Part shown: in pieces, positions 1 through 12,059 of the stretch
Position numbering within the stretch: the first letter of the stretch is position 1
How the letters are laid out: every line of letters starts with the position of its first letter
From: an uncultured candidatus Porisulfidus sp.
GTDB taxonomy: Bacteria > Pseudomonadota > Gammaproteobacteria > Poriferisulfidales > Oxydemutatoraceae
DNA: 64,000 nt
Direction: 5' to 3'
Assembly (NCBI GenBank): GCA_965199685.1
Contig: OZ241323.1
Coordinates: 297,614-361,613 of the forward strand
The notes under the pieces: generated by a model
The model's input: only the letters and a program-made list of their open reading frames with translations
The model's database searches: none
Told to the model about the DNA's origin: nothing
Translations under genes and position numbers: made by a program

Positions 1-1
1 A

Positions 2-1738
2 GATGTTTTGGCGGACGGTTCGGCAACTGATTTGGGAGAGTTGGCTTTGGGTAAGAATGTATTGGTGGCTTTTATGCCGTGGAACGGTTATAACTATGAA
101 GACTCCATACTCATTTCCAATCGCGTCGTAGAGGAAGATAGTTTTACTTCTATTCATATAGAGGAACTCACTTGCGTGGCGCGCAGTACCAAGCTGGGCG
201 ATGAAGAAATTACTGCCGATATACCTAATGTGAGCGAGAGTCTGTTGTCTAAATTGGATGACTCCGGTGTCGTTTATATGGGTGCCGAAGTCAAATCCGG
301 TGATATCTTAGTCGGCAAGGTAACACCGAAGAGCGAGAGTCCTTTAACGCCGGAAGAGAAACTGCTACAAGCGATATTTGACGAAAAGGCTTCGGATGTA
401 AAGAACAATTCTTTACGCGTGCCGTCTGGCATAGAAGGTACTGTCGTAGATGTTAAAATTTTCACTCGCGAAGACATACCCAGGGATAGTCGTGCAAAAG
501 AGATACAAAAACAGGAGATAGAAAAGGCACGCAAAGACTACAACGACGAGTTGCGTATTTACGAGAACGATGTTTTCAATCGGGTTAAAAATTTAATCCT
601 CAACAAGATTGTAGCCGGAGGCCCTAATGCCTTAAAAAAAGGTATGAAAGTCACCCAGTCTTATTTGGATCAACTGGAGCGAGACAAGTGGTTTAGCATC
701 CGGATGAATAACGATGAAGTCAGTTTGCAGCTGGAAAAATTGGCAAAACGTTTGAAAGAGCAACGGGCGCGATTAGAAGAAAACTTCAACAAAAAACAGA
801 AAAAGTTGCAAGCTGGCGATGTGATGCCGCCCGATATTCTTAAAACGGTCAAGGTTTATCTAGCAGTCAAACGCCGCATACAGCCGGGAGATAAACTCGC
901 TGGTCGGCATGGCAACAAAGGCGTTGTATCGGCAATCGTTCCTACTGAGGATATGCCTTATCTGGAAGACGGCACGCCAGTGGATATAGTATTGAATCCT
1001 CTAGGTGTTCCCTCTCGAATGAATGTCGGACAAGTATTAGAGACTCACTTAGGGTGGGCTGCCAAGGCTTTGGGATGGAATATCGGCAAGATGCGTAGCG
1101 GCGATGAGAAGGCTTCTACGATACGCGATTTCCTTCAGAAAATTTATGATTATAACGAAGGGGATATGGTCCACAAGGAAAACTTGCAAAAGATCAAGGA
1201 TAAGGAAATATTGAGTTTAGCCGACAATTTAAGCAATGGTATACCTATCGCAACACCAGTTTTTGACGGTGTTAAAGAGAAAGAAGTAAAGGGCATGTTG
1301 TCTTTAGCCGGATTACCTGAATCCGGGCAGGCAATTTTGCAAGATGGGCGCACTGGCGATTTATTCGATAGACCAATCACGGTGGGCTATATGTATATTA
1401 TGAAGTTAAACCATATGGTTGACGACAAGATGCATGCGCGGGCGACAGGTCCTTATAGCATGATTACCCAACATCCTTTAGGGGGTAAAGCACAGTTCGG
1501 CGGACAGCGTTTTGGTGAAATGGAGGTATGGGCACTTGAGGCTTATGGTGCCTCGCATGTTTTGCAAGAAATGTTGACCGTCAAGTCGGACGATGTACGC
1601 GGACGCAATAAAGTCTACAAAAGCATAGTCAATAATAACTGTAATGTTGAAGCGAATATTCCCGAGTCTTTCAATGTTCTGGTCAAAGAAATACGTTCTT
1701 TAGGCCTTAACATGGATCTCGGGCAAAAAGAGTCTTAA
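2..1738 (+). CDS. rpoB: RNA polymerase beta subunit, 5'-truncated by the window edge
   Basis: Motifs [37 protein letters not shown]; frame is open from position 2. Confidence 0.99.
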   Translation, partial: DVLADGSATDLGELALGKNVLVAFMPWNGYNYEDSILISNRVVEEDSFTSIHIEELTCVARSTKLGDEEITADIPNVSESLLSKLDDSGVVYMGAEVKSGDILVGKVTPKSESPLTPEEKLLQAIFDEKASDVKNNSLRVPSGIEGTVVDVKIFTREDIPRDSRAKEIQKQEIEKARKDYNDELRIYENDVFNRVKNLILNKIVAGGPNALKKGMKVTQSYLDQLERDKWFSIRMNNDEVSLQLEKLAKRLKEQRARLEENFNKKQKKLQAGDVMPPDILKTVKVYLAVKRRIQPGDKLAGRHGNKGVVSAIVPTEDMPYLEDGTPVDIVLNPLGVPSRMNVGQVLETHLGWAAKALGWNIGKMRSGDEKASTIRDFLQKIYDYNEGDMVHKENLQKIKDKEILSLADNLSNGIPIATPVFDGVKEKEVKGMLSLAGLPESGQAILQDGRTGDLFDRPITVGYMYIMKLNHMVDDKMHARATGPYSMITQHPLGGKAQFGGQRFGEMEVWALEAYGASHVLQEMLTVKSDDVRGRNKVYKSIVNNNCNVEANIPESFNVLVKEIRSLGLNMDLGQKES

Positions 1739-1759
1739 GATAATCAAGGAGAGAATCGG

Positions 1760-4700
1760 ATGAGAGGTTTATTTAATATATTGAAAAAATCGCAACACGA
1801 TGAGAGAAAATTCAATTTTCTAAAAATCAGTATTGCGTCACCAGATGAAATACGCTCTTGGTCTTATGGCGAAGTTAAAAAACCGGAAACGATTAACTAT
1901 AGAACCTTAAAACCCGAACGCGACGGATTATTTTGCGCTAAAATTTTCGGGCCTATCAAAGATTATGAGTGTCTATGCGGAAAATATAAACGTCTCAAAC
2001 ACCGCGGTGTGGTTTGTGAAAAATGTGGGGTTGAGGTAACCCTTTCGCGTGTTCGGCGCGAGCGAATGGGACACATAGACCTCGCCAGCCCAGTAGTACA
2101 TATTTGGTTCCTTAAATCGCTGCCCTCCAAAATAGGGCTGTTGCTTGATATGGCACCGCGCGATATAGAACGTGTTTTGTATTTTGAGAGTCATGTGGTA
2201 CTTGATAGCGGCATGACTGACTTGCAAGTAAAACAAATACTCACCGACGATGAATACCTTGACACTATTGAAGAGCAAGGCGAGCAATTCGAAGTTGGTA
2301 TGGGGGCGGAAGCCATTATGAGGTTGCTACAAGATTTGGACTTAGAAAAACAAACCATAGAGCTACGAGCAGAGATTTCCAAAACCAAGTCCGAGGCGAA
2401 GATCAAACGTCTGACCAAGCGTCTTAAACTTGTCAAAGCTTTTATAGACTCCGGCAACAAGCCCGAATGGATGGTTTTGACGGTGTTACCTATATTACCC
2501 CCTGATTTACGTCCTTTGGTGCCTTTGAGCGACGGTCGTTTTGCAAGTTCGGACTTAAACGATTTGTACCGTAGGGTTATTAACCGAAACAATCGCCTAA
2601 GACGACTGCTTGAAATCAAGGCCCCCGATATCATCGTGCGCAACGAGAAGCGTATGTTGCAGGAATCGGTTGATGCACTGTTGGATAACGGTCGTTGCGG
2701 TCGCGTCGCGGTTGCAAACAATAAACGGCAACTGAAATCCTTAGCCGATATGATCAAAGGCAAGCAAGGACGATTTCGCCAAAACCTACTCGGCAAGCGT
2801 GTTGATTATTCCGGGCGTTCGGTCATCGTCGTAGGGCCCTCGTTGAAGCTCCATCAGTGCGGGATACCTAAACAAATGGCACTGGAGTTGTTTAGACCTT
2901 TTATCTATAGCAAACTTTATTTGAGAGGGGTTGTAGACACGATTAAAAATGCCAAGAAGTTGGTCGAAAAACAAGGCCCAGAAGTTTGGGATGTCTTAGA
3001 CGAAATTATCAGAGAATACCCGATATTGTTAAATCGAGCACCAACTTTGCATCGCTTGGGCATACAAGCATTTGAACCCATTTTGATTGAAGGCAAGGCG
3101 ATACAGTTGCATCCCTTGGTTTGTACTGCCTTTAATGCTGATTTTGATGGCGATCAGATGGCCGTGCACGTGCCTTTGTCTCTAGAGGCTCAAGCCGAAG
3201 CGCGCTGCTTGATGATGTCCACCAACAATATATTTTCACCAGCGAGTGGATCTCCTATCATCGTCCCTACGCAAGATATCGTCTTAGGTTTGTATTATAT
3301 GACGCGTGAGCGTATCAATGCCAAAGGCGAAGGAAGTTTGTTTGCCGACTTAGATGAAGTTGAGCGGGCTTATGAGACCAAGCAAGTTGACTTGCATGCG
3401 CGAATTAAGGTACGCCTGAAAATAGCCGGGAAAAGCCAGCTAACCGAAACCACAATCGGTCGTGCCATTTTGTCTCGCATTTTGCCCGAAGGATTGTCTT
3501 TTGAATTAGTTGATAGAGTACTAGACAAACGTCGTATATTGGAGCTCATAGATGTTAGCTATAGACAAGCGGGGCTTAAGGCGACGGCGGTCTTTGCCGA
3601 CCATCTAATGTATACCGGTTTTCATTATGCGACAAAGGCAGGAATTTCTTTCGGTGTCGATGATATGGTTATTCCTCGTGATAAACAAGCTGTTTTAGCC
3701 GAAGCAGAGAACGAAGTTAAAGATATAGAGCGTCAGTATGCGGCTGGATTGGTGACCAGTGGTGAAAAATACAACAAAACAGTTGATATTTGGTCCAATG
3801 CCAACGATCGCATCGCATCTCGTATGATGGACGAATTGAGCACTGAGATAGTTAAAGACCAAAAAGGTAAAAAGTCTCCTCAGCCTTCGTTCAACTCCAT
3901 ATTCATGATGGCCGACTCAGGTGCTCGTGGCTCCGCCGCACAGATCCGACAACTTGCCGGAATGCGTGGTCTAATGGCGAAACCCGACGGTTCTATTATT
4001 GAAACACCGATTACTGCGAATTTCCGAGAAGGATTAAACCTCTTGCAGTACTTTATTTCTACGCACGGTGCCCGCAAAGGTCTTGCCGACACCGCACTTA
4101 AAACGGCTAATTCGGGTTATTTGACACGCCGATTGGTTGATGCAGCACAAGACGTTATTATCATCGAGAAAAATTGCGGCACCAGTGAAGGTGTCTATAT
4201 AAAGTCTAATATAGAAGGCGGTGAAGTCGTGGAAGGCCTGGCCGAGCGTACCTTGGGCCGAGTGCTCGCAGAAGATGTAAAAGTTAATAAAAAGACAATT
4301 ATTGCCAAAGACACATTGCTGGGCGAGAGAGAAGCAGAATTGTTGAACAAACACGGCATAGATCAAATTAAGGTGCGCTCTCCGATCACATGTGAATCTG
4401 CTCACGGCGTTTGTGCGATGTGTTATGGGCGCGATTTGGCTAGAGGCAGCTTAGTTAGCGAAGGAGAAGCGGTAGGTATTATCGCCGCACAATCTATAGG
4501 CGAACCAGGTACCCAATTAACGATGAGAACTTTTCACGTAGGCGGGGCAGTAAGCCGTTCGGCTTCCGTCAATAGTGTTACACCTAAAACCGACGGCATT
4601 ATTCGTCTACATAAAGTCAAGTTGATAAAACATGAAGACAGCTACATCGTTGTTTCCCGCTCCGGAGAGATTAGCATAGTTTCAGAGGCAGGTAGCGAGA

Positions 4701-5881
4701 GAGAACGGTACAAAATTCCTTACGGTGCAAGGCTACATCATAAAGAAGGAGATGCTGTGCAAGCTGGCGCGGTCATCGTCAACTGGGATCCCCATACACA
4801 TCCGGTTATTGCCGAAACCAAGGGGACAATCAGTTTAGAGAATTTCACTGAAGGTAGCACCGTCTATAAACAAACCGACGAAATAACTGGATTGAGTACC
4901 TATGTGGCTATGCCCGGGGTAAAAGATCAAACGCCGGCCATTTCTATCACCCACAGAGGTAAAGAAATAAAGCTAAGCGATGGCAGAACAGCGCACTATC
5001 GGTTGATGCCGGGCATGATAGTCACGGTAGAGGACGGAGATAAGATCAATGTCGGCGATACAATCGCCCGTATTCCGCAAGAGCGTTCTAAAGCAGGCGG
5101 TATAACTGGTGGTTTGCCGCGAGTCGTTGATTTATTTGAAGCTCGCGTTCCTCAAGAAGCTGCTATTTTGGCAGAGTGCTCGGGTACTATCGGCTTTGAT
5201 AGAGAAATCCGCGGTAAGCAAAAGATCGTTATTACCGGCAAGAAAGAAAAGCACTATGTATTGGTGCCTAAATGGCGTCGTATAGAAATTGCCGAAGGTG
5301 AGTATGTGGAAAAAGGCGAGGTCATATCCGAGGGTGAGAGAAACCCGCATGATGTCCTGCGGTTACTGGGAATCAACGAAATGGCTGATTATTTGGTAAA
5401 AGAAATACAAGATGTCTACAGACTGCAAGGCGTGAAAATTAACGATAAACATATAGAGGTCATTATCAGACAAATGATGCGCAGGGTGCGTATAGTAGAC
5501 CCTGGCGACAGTAATTATTTGGCGGACGACACGGTCGAAAAAATCAAGCTCGCAGAGATTAATAAAAATCTTGAAGCTGCAGGTAAAGCACCGGCCAAGT
5601 ACGAGGCTTTATTGCAGGGTATCAAAAAAGCCTCTTTATCGACTGAATCGTTTATTTCCGCAGCTTCTTTCCAAGAAACGACGAAGATATTAACCGAATC
5701 GGCAATTAAAGGTTCTCAAGATATGCTAAGAGGATTAAAGGAGAATGTAATCGTCGGTCGCTTAATCCCGGCAGGGACGGCTTGGGATGTTCCTGAGAAA
5801 GACTTAATGGATGCGTTTGAAATGAACCTGCAAAGCACTCTTGAAAAAGAGGATGCCAAGACCACGGAAGACACAGCTTAA
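1760..5881 (+). CDS. rpoC: RNA polymerase beta' subunit
   Basis: [12 protein letters not shown] catalytic motif, Zn-finger Cys residues, follows rpoB, AAGGAG RBS upstream. Confidence 0.99.
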   Translation: MRGLFNILKKSQHDERKFNFLKISIASPDEIRSWSYGEVKKPETINYRTLKPERDGLFCAKIFGPIKDYECLCGKYKRLKHRGVVCEKCGVEVTLSRVRRERMGHIDLASPVVHIWFLKSLPSKIGLLLDMAPRDIERVLYFESHVVLDSGMTDLQVKQILTDDEYLDTIEEQGEQFEVGMGAEAIMRLLQDLDLEKQTIELRAEISKTKSEAKIKRLTKRLKLVKAFIDSGNKPEWMVLTVLPILPPDLRPLVPLSDGRFASSDLNDLYRRVINRNNRLRRLLEIKAPDIIVRNEKRMLQESVDALLDNGRCGRVAVANNKRQLKSLADMIKGKQGRFRQNLLGKRVDYSGRSVIVVGPSLKLHQCGIPKQMALELFRPFIYSKLYLRGVVDTIKNAKKLVEKQGPEVWDVLDEIIREYPILLNRAPTLHRLGIQAFEPILIEGKAIQLHPLVCTAFNADFDGDQMAVHVPLSLEAQAEARCLMMSTNNIFSPASGSPIIVPTQDIVLGLYYMTRERINAKGEGSLFADLDEVERAYETKQVDLHARIKVRLKIAGKSQLTETTIGRAILSRILPEGLSFELVDRVLDKRRILELIDVSYRQAGLKATAVFADHLMYTGFHYATKAGISFGVDDMVIPRDKQAVLAEAENEVKDIERQYAAGLVTSGEKYNKTVDIWSNANDRIASRMMDELSTEIVKDQKGKKSPQPSFNSIFMMADSGARGSAAQIRQLAGMRGLMAKPDGSIIETPITANFREGLNLLQYFISTHGARKGLADTALKTANSGYLTRRLVDAAQDVIIIEKNCGTSEGVYIKSNIEGGEVVEGLAERTLGRVLAEDVKVNKKTIIAKDTLLGEREAELLNKHGIDQIKVRSPITCESAHGVCAMCYGRDLARGSLVSEGEAVGIIAAQSIGEPGTQLTMRTFHVGGAVSRSASVNSVTPKTDGIIRLHKVKLIKHEDSYIVVSRSGEISIVSEAGSERERYKIPYGARLHHKEGDAVQAGAVIVNWDPHTHPVIAETKGTISLENFTEGSTVYKQTDEITGLSTYVAMPGVKDQTPAISITHRGKEIKLSDGRTAHYRLMPGMIVTVEDGDKINVGDTIARIPQERSKAGGITGGLPRVVDLFEARVPQEAAILAECSGTIGFDREIRGKQKIVITGKKEKHYVLVPKWRRIEIAEGEYVEKGEVISEGERNPHDVLRLLGINEMADYLVKEIQDVYRLQGVKINDKHIEVIIRQMMRRVRIVDPGDSNYLADDTVEKIKLAEINKNLEAAGKAPAKYEALLQGIKKASLSTESFISAASFQETTKILTESAIKGSQDMLRGLKENVIVGRLIPAGTAWDVPEKDLMDAFEMNLQSTLEKEDAKTTEDTA

Positions 5882-6356
5882 TCCCCCGGCATTACTTTTT
5901 GTATGTGCTCTGAATACGTGTCGTTCCATCGTTGGACACGCGGTTTTTGAGTATATTAAAAATCAGACATCTCTGACTATAGACATTGGTTCCGCTGGGA
6001 TTCATGCTTTTGATGGTCACCCATGTGACCCGATGATAAAGGATGTTGCCGCAAGGCGCGGCTATGATTTATCGGCTTATCGTTCAACGCCGCTGAACAC
6101 TCTGAACTCGCAAAGCTATAACTGGGTATTTATCTTTGAGCATGCGCATTATGAACCAGTTCGGCATTGGATGGGGGAAGGCAACGAACCCGAGTATATA
6201 ATGGCTTATTCAGAATACTTTGGTAATCAAGAAGTACTGATGCAACAGAGCGATAACGCAATGAATGTCTATACACATATATTTGATTTGATAGAGGATG
6301 GCTGTTTAGGATTTTATAATCAACTACCGTTAGAGATAAAAAGCAATGACCTTTAA
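5853..6356 (+). CDS. Low-molecular-weight protein tyrosine phosphatase family protein (atypical)
   Basis: P-loop [11 protein letters not shown] (CX5R) and SAG motif; ATG at 5853 preferred over TTG at 5841; overlaps both rpoC and hisC. Confidence 0.8.
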   Translation: MPRPRKTQLNPPALLFVCALNTCRSIVGHAVFEYIKNQTSLTIDIGSAGIHAFDGHPCDPMIKDVAARRGYDLSAYRSTPLNTLNSQSYNWVFIFEHAHYEPVRHWMGEGNEPEYIMAYSEYFGNQEVLMQQSDNAMNVYTHIFDLIEDGCLGFYNQLPLEIKSNDL

Positions 6357-7470
6357 GCCCGAACAACATTGCTTAGCTTCCTTACTCGATATAAAACCTT
6401 ATCAGCCAGGTAAGAGTGTCGAGGATTTAGAGAAGTCTTCTACGGCACTCAAAGCGATCAAGCTATCCTCAAATGAGAATGCTTTGGGTCCTAGCCGCCA
6501 TGCGATAGCAGCGATGTGCGACTATGCAGATCAAGTACATCTTTATCCGAGTGGTAGTGGGGTACTACTCAAGGATAAGCTCGCCGAGCGGTACGATATT
6601 TCAGCTAACCGGATTACTCTAGGCAACGGTTCTAACGAATTGCTGGAATTCATCGCACGCTGCTTTTTGGATAAAAGTAAAAATGCAGTCTACTCTGAAC
6701 ATGCTTTTGAAGTGTACGCTTTGGTAACCCGAATCTCGGGTGCAGGTGCGCATCGGGCAATGCCGAGAACCGCCGATGACGAGATGCCTTACGGACACGA
6801 CTTGAACCGATTTTTGGATGTGATTGACGAGCATACCGCAGTGGTATTTATTGCCAACCCCAATAATCCTACCGGCACCTGGATTAAAGAAGCCGAACTG
6901 AGAAAGTTCATGCAGTCTGTAGACGAGCATATCGTCGTTGTCGTCGATCAAGCGTATGCCGAATACGCGCAAGTCTCTGACTATCCCGATGTATCAAAGT
7001 GGTTGGACGAATATCCGAACCTGATTGTTGTTCAGACTTTCTCTAAAATTTATGCACTTGCAGGTCTGCGTATAGGTTATGCATTCTCGTCGGTTGAGAT
7101 TGCCGATTTATTCAACCGCTTGCGTCAACCTTTCAATAACAATGTCTTAGCGTTGAAAGCTGCGATTGCATCATTGGACGATACCGCACACCTTGAGAAG
7201 AGTGTGCGTATGAATAGTGAGGGTTTGGCTTATTTATCCGACGGATGTAGCAAACTAGGTTTCAAATGTTTGCCATCGGCGGCTAATTTTCTGTGCATGG
7301 AAATTGGAAAGCAGGCATCGCGAATTTATAACGCGTTGCTGGAACAAGGCGTGATTATACGCGCCATAGAAAACTACGATATGCCGCAGCATTTACGGGT
7401 GACGGTAGGTTCTGCGGAGCAAAACCAACGCTTTTTAGAGACGCTAAAGCAAATACTGGAACGCGAGTGA
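6346..7470 (+). CDS. hisC: Histidinol-phosphate/aromatic aminotransferase
   Basis: KLSSNEN, NPNNPTG, TFSKIYALAGLRIGY (PLP lysine); hisC-tyrA-aroA context. Confidence 0.95.
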   Translation: MTFKPEQHCLASLLDIKPYQPGKSVEDLEKSSTALKAIKLSSNENALGPSRHAIAAMCDYADQVHLYPSGSGVLLKDKLAERYDISANRITLGNGSNELLEFIARCFLDKSKNAVYSEHAFEVYALVTRISGAGAHRAMPRTADDEMPYGHDLNRFLDVIDEHTAVVFIANPNNPTGTWIKEAELRKFMQSVDEHIVVVVDQAYAEYAQVSDYPDVSKWLDEYPNLIVVQTFSKIYALAGLRIGYAFSSVEIADLFNRLRQPFNNNVLALKAAIASLDDTAHLEKSVRMNSEGLAYLSDGCSKLGFKCLPSAANFLCMEIGKQASRIYNALLEQGVIIRAIENYDMPQHLRVTVGSAEQNQRFLETLKQILERE

Positions 7471-8333
7471 TGGAAGACCTGAATCGTTCCACTATCGGCA
7501 TCGTGGGTGCCGGTCTAATCGGTACTTCGTTGGCATTGGCTCTAAAGGATCGCGACGCGAAGCAAAATATATTGGGGTGCGATACCAATGAGACGCACGT
7601 ACGGCAGGCGATGGAGAGAGGGGCATTTGACGGTTTCAAAGATAACCCGCTTGCACTTGCCGAACACTGCGATATTTTGGTTGTGGCAACGCCTATCAGT
7701 GCAGTCTGCAGTATTTTTCAGCAAATCAAAGACATAGATGAACAGATCGTCATCACTGATGTAGGCAGTGTCAAGAGCAGTACAATCATCGATGCGTGTT
7801 CGGTTTGGGGTAAGATGCCCACTCGTATGGTGCCGGCACATCCTATTGCCGGCACTGAACACAGTGGCCCTGTTGCAGCATCAAAGGATCTGTTTGTCTC
7901 GCGCTATGTCTTTCTAACGCCAGGGCGAAAGCCCGACAAAGTTGCAGTGAACACAGTGCAAGACTTGTGGTGTAAAGTCGGGGCTAAAATTGAAATACTG
8001 TCGGCGATGCAGCACGATGAATTGTTTGCGACGACAAGCCATTTGCCGCATATCGTTGCTTACGCATTGATAAACTCGCTTGAGCAGGCCGGTGTCAACA
8101 CGGGTTTTTCTGCCGGTGGCTTGAAGGATTTCACACGTATCGCAGCGAGTAGTCCGACGATGTGGCGAGATATATTTATTGCAAACGAAACCTATGTACT
8201 CCAATCGATAAAAGCCTTTGAGAAAAGCGTGCGTACGATGCGTAAGCTGATAGAAAAAAAACATGGCGAAAAATTGCTTGATTTTCTGGAAAAAACAGTA
8301 GCCGAAAAGAAAAATTTGAATCTCAAAGATTAG
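7467..8333 (+). CDS. tyrA: Prephenate/arogenate dehydrogenase
   Basis: GAGLIG Rossmann motif, DVGSVK, HPIAGTE, SHLPH, DFTRIA; start is GTG 7467 or ATG 7470. Confidence 0.93.
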   Translation: MMEDLNRSTIGIVGAGLIGTSLALALKDRDAKQNILGCDTNETHVRQAMERGAFDGFKDNPLALAEHCDILVVATPISAVCSIFQQIKDIDEQIVITDVGSVKSSTIIDACSVWGKMPTRMVPAHPIAGTEHSGPVAASKDLFVSRYVFLTPGRKPDKVAVNTVQDLWCKVGAKIEILSAMQHDELFATTSHLPHIVAYALINSLEQAGVNTGFSAGGLKDFTRIAASSPTMWRDIFIANETYVLQSIKAFEKSVRTMRKLIEKKHGEKLLDFLEKTVAEKKNLNLKD

Positions 8334-8370
8334 TTCACAATCTTCGCATCATGCTATTAGGAATATAACC

Positions 8371-9666
8371 ATGCCGGATACCATTTACTCCAGCCCTGCC
8401 GAGTCTTTGAATGGTACCGTTCGGGTTGCCGGCGATAAATCAATATCACACCGCGCACTCATGTTTGCCGCGCTTGCCGACGGCATCAGTGAGGTATCTA
8501 ATTTTTTGCATAGTGCGGATTGCCTTGCAACGATGCGAGCCTTGAGCCGACTGGGAGTACGCATAGAGTCTGCAGATGATTTAATAAAGGTGCACGGTTG
8601 CAGAGACCAATTACACTCTGACGGTCAGGTTATAGATTTGGGTAATTCGGGAACTTCTATACGCTTGCTCACTGGGCTGTTGGCAGGAAAGAAGATTTCG
8701 TTAACCTTAAGCGGTGATGCCTCCTTAAACCGTCGTCCGATGCGTCGAGTGGTGGATCCTCTATTAAAGATGGGTGCAGATATCAACACCTCAAAACACG
8801 GCACGCCGCCAGTTATTATCAAACCTGCCGAGCATCTGCAAGGTGTGCATAGCGAATTGAACATTGCAAGTGCGCAGGTCAAATCGGCATTATTACTTGC
8901 CGGTTTGGACGCACACGGAGAAACCGTTGTTGTTGAACCAACGCTGAGCCGTGACCATAGCGAACGCATGCTGAGTAGCTTTGGTTATCAGGTTGAGCGG
9001 CGAGGGCTTATGGTGCGCTTGACCGGAGGCAGTCGCCTCAAAGCAACGCACATCAGTGTGCCGGGTGATATTTCGTCGGCTACATTTCTGATAGTCGCAG
9101 CTGCCATAGTTCCCAATAGCGATATTGTTATAGAAAACGTAGGTCTAAACGATACGCGCAGCGGTGCAATCAGGATCCTTCGCAGCATGGGTGCTGACAT
9201 AGAAATACTGGATTGGCAGATTGTCTGCAACGAACCAGTCGGTAATCTACGTGTACGCTCAACAAGACTAAAAGGTATAGATATCCCCGCACATTGGGTG
9301 CCGTCAGCGATAGATGAATTTCCAGCTTTGTTTATAGCTGCGGCGTGCGCCGAAGGATATACCCATTTGCGCGGTGCCGAAGAGCTCAGGGTCAAGGAAA
9401 GCGACCGTATCGCAGCGATGGCAGAAGGTTTGCGTAGTTGTGGGATTGTGGTGGAAGTTCATCACGATGGGATGACCATAGCGGGTGGTCGCTTAAAAGG
9501 CGGTGTGGTGGAGAGTTTTGACGATCATCGCGTGGCAATGGCGTTTGCGGTGGCAGGTGTCGTCGCCGACGATGTTATTTCCGTACAACGATGCCAAAAT
9601 ATTGAAACTTCGTTTCCTAATTTCATCGCAACAGCGAATAGCATAGGGCTTAATCTATCCGTATAA
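8371..9666 (+). CDS. aroA: EPSP synthase
   Basis: GDKSISHR, GNSGTSIRL, SAQVKSA, KESDR, DHRVAM. Confidence 0.98.
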   Translation: MPDTIYSSPAESLNGTVRVAGDKSISHRALMFAALADGISEVSNFLHSADCLATMRALSRLGVRIESADDLIKVHGCRDQLHSDGQVIDLGNSGTSIRLLTGLLAGKKISLTLSGDASLNRRPMRRVVDPLLKMGADINTSKHGTPPVIIKPAEHLQGVHSELNIASAQVKSALLLAGLDAHGETVVVEPTLSRDHSERMLSSFGYQVERRGLMVRLTGGSRLKATHISVPGDISSATFLIVAAAIVPNSDIVIENVGLNDTRSGAIRILRSMGADIEILDWQIVCNEPVGNLRVRSTRLKGIDIPAHWVPSAIDEFPALFIAAACAEGYTHLRGAEELRVKESDRIAAMAEGLRSCGIVVEVHHDGMTIAGGRLKGGVVESFDDHRVAMAFAVAGVVADDVISVQRCQNIETSFPNFIATANSIGLNLSV

Positions 9667-9667
9667 G

Positions 9668-10342
9668 ATGGCACAGGTACCAGTTATTGCAATAGACGGT
9701 CCCTCAGGTGTGGGCAAAAGCACAATCGCCCGTCGCTTAGCAACAAAGCTGAATTATCATATTTTGATCAGCGGCGTTTTGTATCGTGTACTCGGGATGC
9801 AATTATATAAAAGGAATATTGCACTAGATAATGTTTCGGAAATAGAAACTTTGGTTGCCGATACCGACATAAGGTTTACTCTAGACGGTGAACAGATTAA
9901 GACCTACTTAAATGGCATCCCTATCGAAGACGATATTTACGGCGAAGACTATGCCAAGATTGCCTCGGCAGTAGGAGAAAGTGTTGCTTTGCGTAATGCT
10001 TTATTGCCGATACAAAGGCAGTTTAGGGTTTTGCCGGGGTTGGTGGCAGATGGACGCGATATGGGAACGGTCGTTTTTCCTGATGCACCATTGAAGATAT
10101 TCTTGCAGGCCGATATAGAAGAACGCGCCCGCAGAAGGTATCAACAATTGAGACAACGTGGTATATGTGCTAAACTAAGCGACCTGAACGAAGAATTACT
10201 ACAGAGGGATCAACGCGATAGCGGACGGTCTATTGCTCAATTGAAAATCGCCGATAATGCAGTTGTACTGGATACAACGCATCTATCTATCACGGCAGTC
10301 GTAGATGAGCTGATGGATGTAGTAAAAGTTAAATTAAACTGA
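9668..10342 (+). CDS. cmk: Cytidylate kinase
   Basis: IDGPSGVGKST, DGRDMGTVVFPDA; aroA-cmk-rpsA order. Confidence 0.97.
   Translation: MAQVPVIAIDGPSGVGKSTIARRLATKLNYHILISGVLYRVLGMQLYKRNIALDNVSEIETLVADTDIRFTLDGEQIKTYLNGIPIEDDIYGEDYAKIASAVGESVALRNALLPIQRQFRVLPGLVADGRDMGTVVFPDAPLKIFLQADIEERARRRYQQLRQRGICAKLSDLNEELLQRDQRDSGRSIAQLKIADNAVVLDTTHLSITAVVDELMDVVKVKLN
10148..10176 (+). promoter_or_regulatory. Putative sigma70 promoter inside cmk driving rpsA
   Basis: TTGAGA-N17-TAAACT with an extended TG; rpsA promoters inside the cmk 3' half are known in E. coli. Confidence 0.5.
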
Positions 10343-10360
10343 AAGAGGCAAAATAATTTG

Positions 10361-12043
10361 ATGGAAAATTTTTCCGATATCTTTGATTCGCAGAAAATGC
10401 AAAATCAGAAGATAGATATAGGTTCTCTGATTAAAGGGAAGGTAACCGATATCACTAAAACCAGTGTCATTGTTAATGCCGGATTGAAATCCGAGGGTAT
10501 TATACCGATAGAGCAATTTTACGATATCGACGGTGAGCTGGAGGTTAATGAAGGAGACTGTGTGGAGGTTGCTGTAGAAAGTTTAGAAGATGGCTTTGGT
10601 GAGACGGTGCTATCTCGTGAACAGGCGAAGATTATTGAAGCATGGCAGCGATTGGATGAGATCCACGAGACTGGTGACACGGTTCAAGGTTTCTTGAGAG
10701 GAAAAGTCAAAGGAGGATTTATAGTTTCCGTTTTAGGTATAGAGGCTTTTCTGCCGGGTTCTCTAGCCGATGTACAGCCAATGCGAGATCTTGATCATCT
10801 TGAAGGCAAAACTCTGGACTTTAAGGTAATCAAACTTGATCGTAGTCGCAATAATGTTGTTGTTTCGAGGCGGGCAGTATTAGAAGCCGAAGGAAGCATT
10901 GACCGTGAAGAAATGCTGAAAAATCTGGAAAATGGGACAGTCGTAAAAGGCATAGTAAAAAACATTACCAATTACGGTGCTTTCGTTGGTTTTAATGGCT
11001 TTGATGGGTTGCTCCATATTACTGATATGGCATGGAAGCGCATCCATCAGCCTTCCGAAGTATTATCAGTGGGTGATGAGATAGATGTCAAAATACTTAA
11101 GGTGGATAAGGAAAAAAATCGTATTTCTCTAGGACTTAAGCAGCTTAGCGAAGATCCATGGGATCGATTGATTGAACGCTACCCCAAAGGTGAACGTATC
11201 AAGGGCAAGGTTACCAGCGTCACCGAATATGGTTGTTTCGTAGAAATAGAAGACAATGTAGAAGGTTTGGTGCATATCTCCGAGATGGACTGGGTAAATA
11301 AAAACATAAACCCGTCTAAAGTCGTATCCGCAGATGAAGAGATAGATGTCATGGTACTTGATATTGACAAAGAAAAACGCAGAATATCGCTGGGTATTAA
11401 ACAATGTGCTCCGAACCCATGGAAAGAGTTTGCTAAGTTACATTCACCTGGAACTCAAATGGAAGGTCGGATTAAGTCCATAAACGACTTCGGGATTTTT
11501 GTGGGCTTAGGAGATTTCGGTATAGACGGTTTGGTTCACATCAATGATATTTCTAATATAGAACACCCCGAACAAGCAATACGCAAATATAAAAAAGGCG
11601 ATACAGTTAAGTTTGTTCTATTAGGAGTCGATGTTAAGCGTAACCGGGTCTCTCTGAGCATTAGGCAACTTGACGAAGATCCCATAGGGGATTATCTAAA
11701 CGCATATCCTAAGGGTTCGGTCGTGAAAGGCAAGGTTATCAGTAGCGGCGACAAGTATGTGATGATTGATTTGGCCGAACATGTGAGAGGTTATATACCG
11801 AATTCCGAATTGGTGCATGAGAAAGACAACGACAAAGAGGAATCCTCAGCTGAAATAGAAAAAGGGAAAGAAATAGAAGCTAAAATCATCGGCATTGATA
11901 GAAGAAACTGTAGAATTAATTTATCGGTAAAGAAAAAAGAGAAAGACGAACAAAAAGAAATTACCAAAGGTTACACCACTAAGAAGCCTGCTAAGACTTC
12001 GTTGGGGGATGTTATTAAAGGATTGTTTTCGAGCAAAAACTGA
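10361..12043 (+). CDS. rpsA: 30S ribosomal protein S1
   Basis: Six S1 repeats (AFLPGSL, DGLLHITDMAW, EGLVHISEMDW). Confidence 0.98.
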   Translation: MENFSDIFDSQKMQNQKIDIGSLIKGKVTDITKTSVIVNAGLKSEGIIPIEQFYDIDGELEVNEGDCVEVAVESLEDGFGETVLSREQAKIIEAWQRLDEIHETGDTVQGFLRGKVKGGFIVSVLGIEAFLPGSLADVQPMRDLDHLEGKTLDFKVIKLDRSRNNVVVSRRAVLEAEGSIDREEMLKNLENGTVVKGIVKNITNYGAFVGFNGFDGLLHITDMAWKRIHQPSEVLSVGDEIDVKILKVDKEKNRISLGLKQLSEDPWDRLIERYPKGERIKGKVTSVTEYGCFVEIEDNVEGLVHISEMDWVNKNINPSKVVSADEEIDVMVLDIDKEKRRISLGIKQCAPNPWKEFAKLHSPGTQMEGRIKSINDFGIFVGLGDFGIDGLVHINDISNIEHPEQAIRKYKKGDTVKFVLLGVDVKRNRVSLSIRQLDEDPIGDYLNAYPKGSVVKGKVISSGDKYVMIDLAEHVRGYIPNSELVHEKDNDKEESSAEIEKGKEIEAKIIGIDRRNCRINLSVKKKEKDEQKEITKGYTTKKPAKTSLGDVIKGLFSSKN

Positions 12044-12059
12044 GGCACTGAGAAACCCG

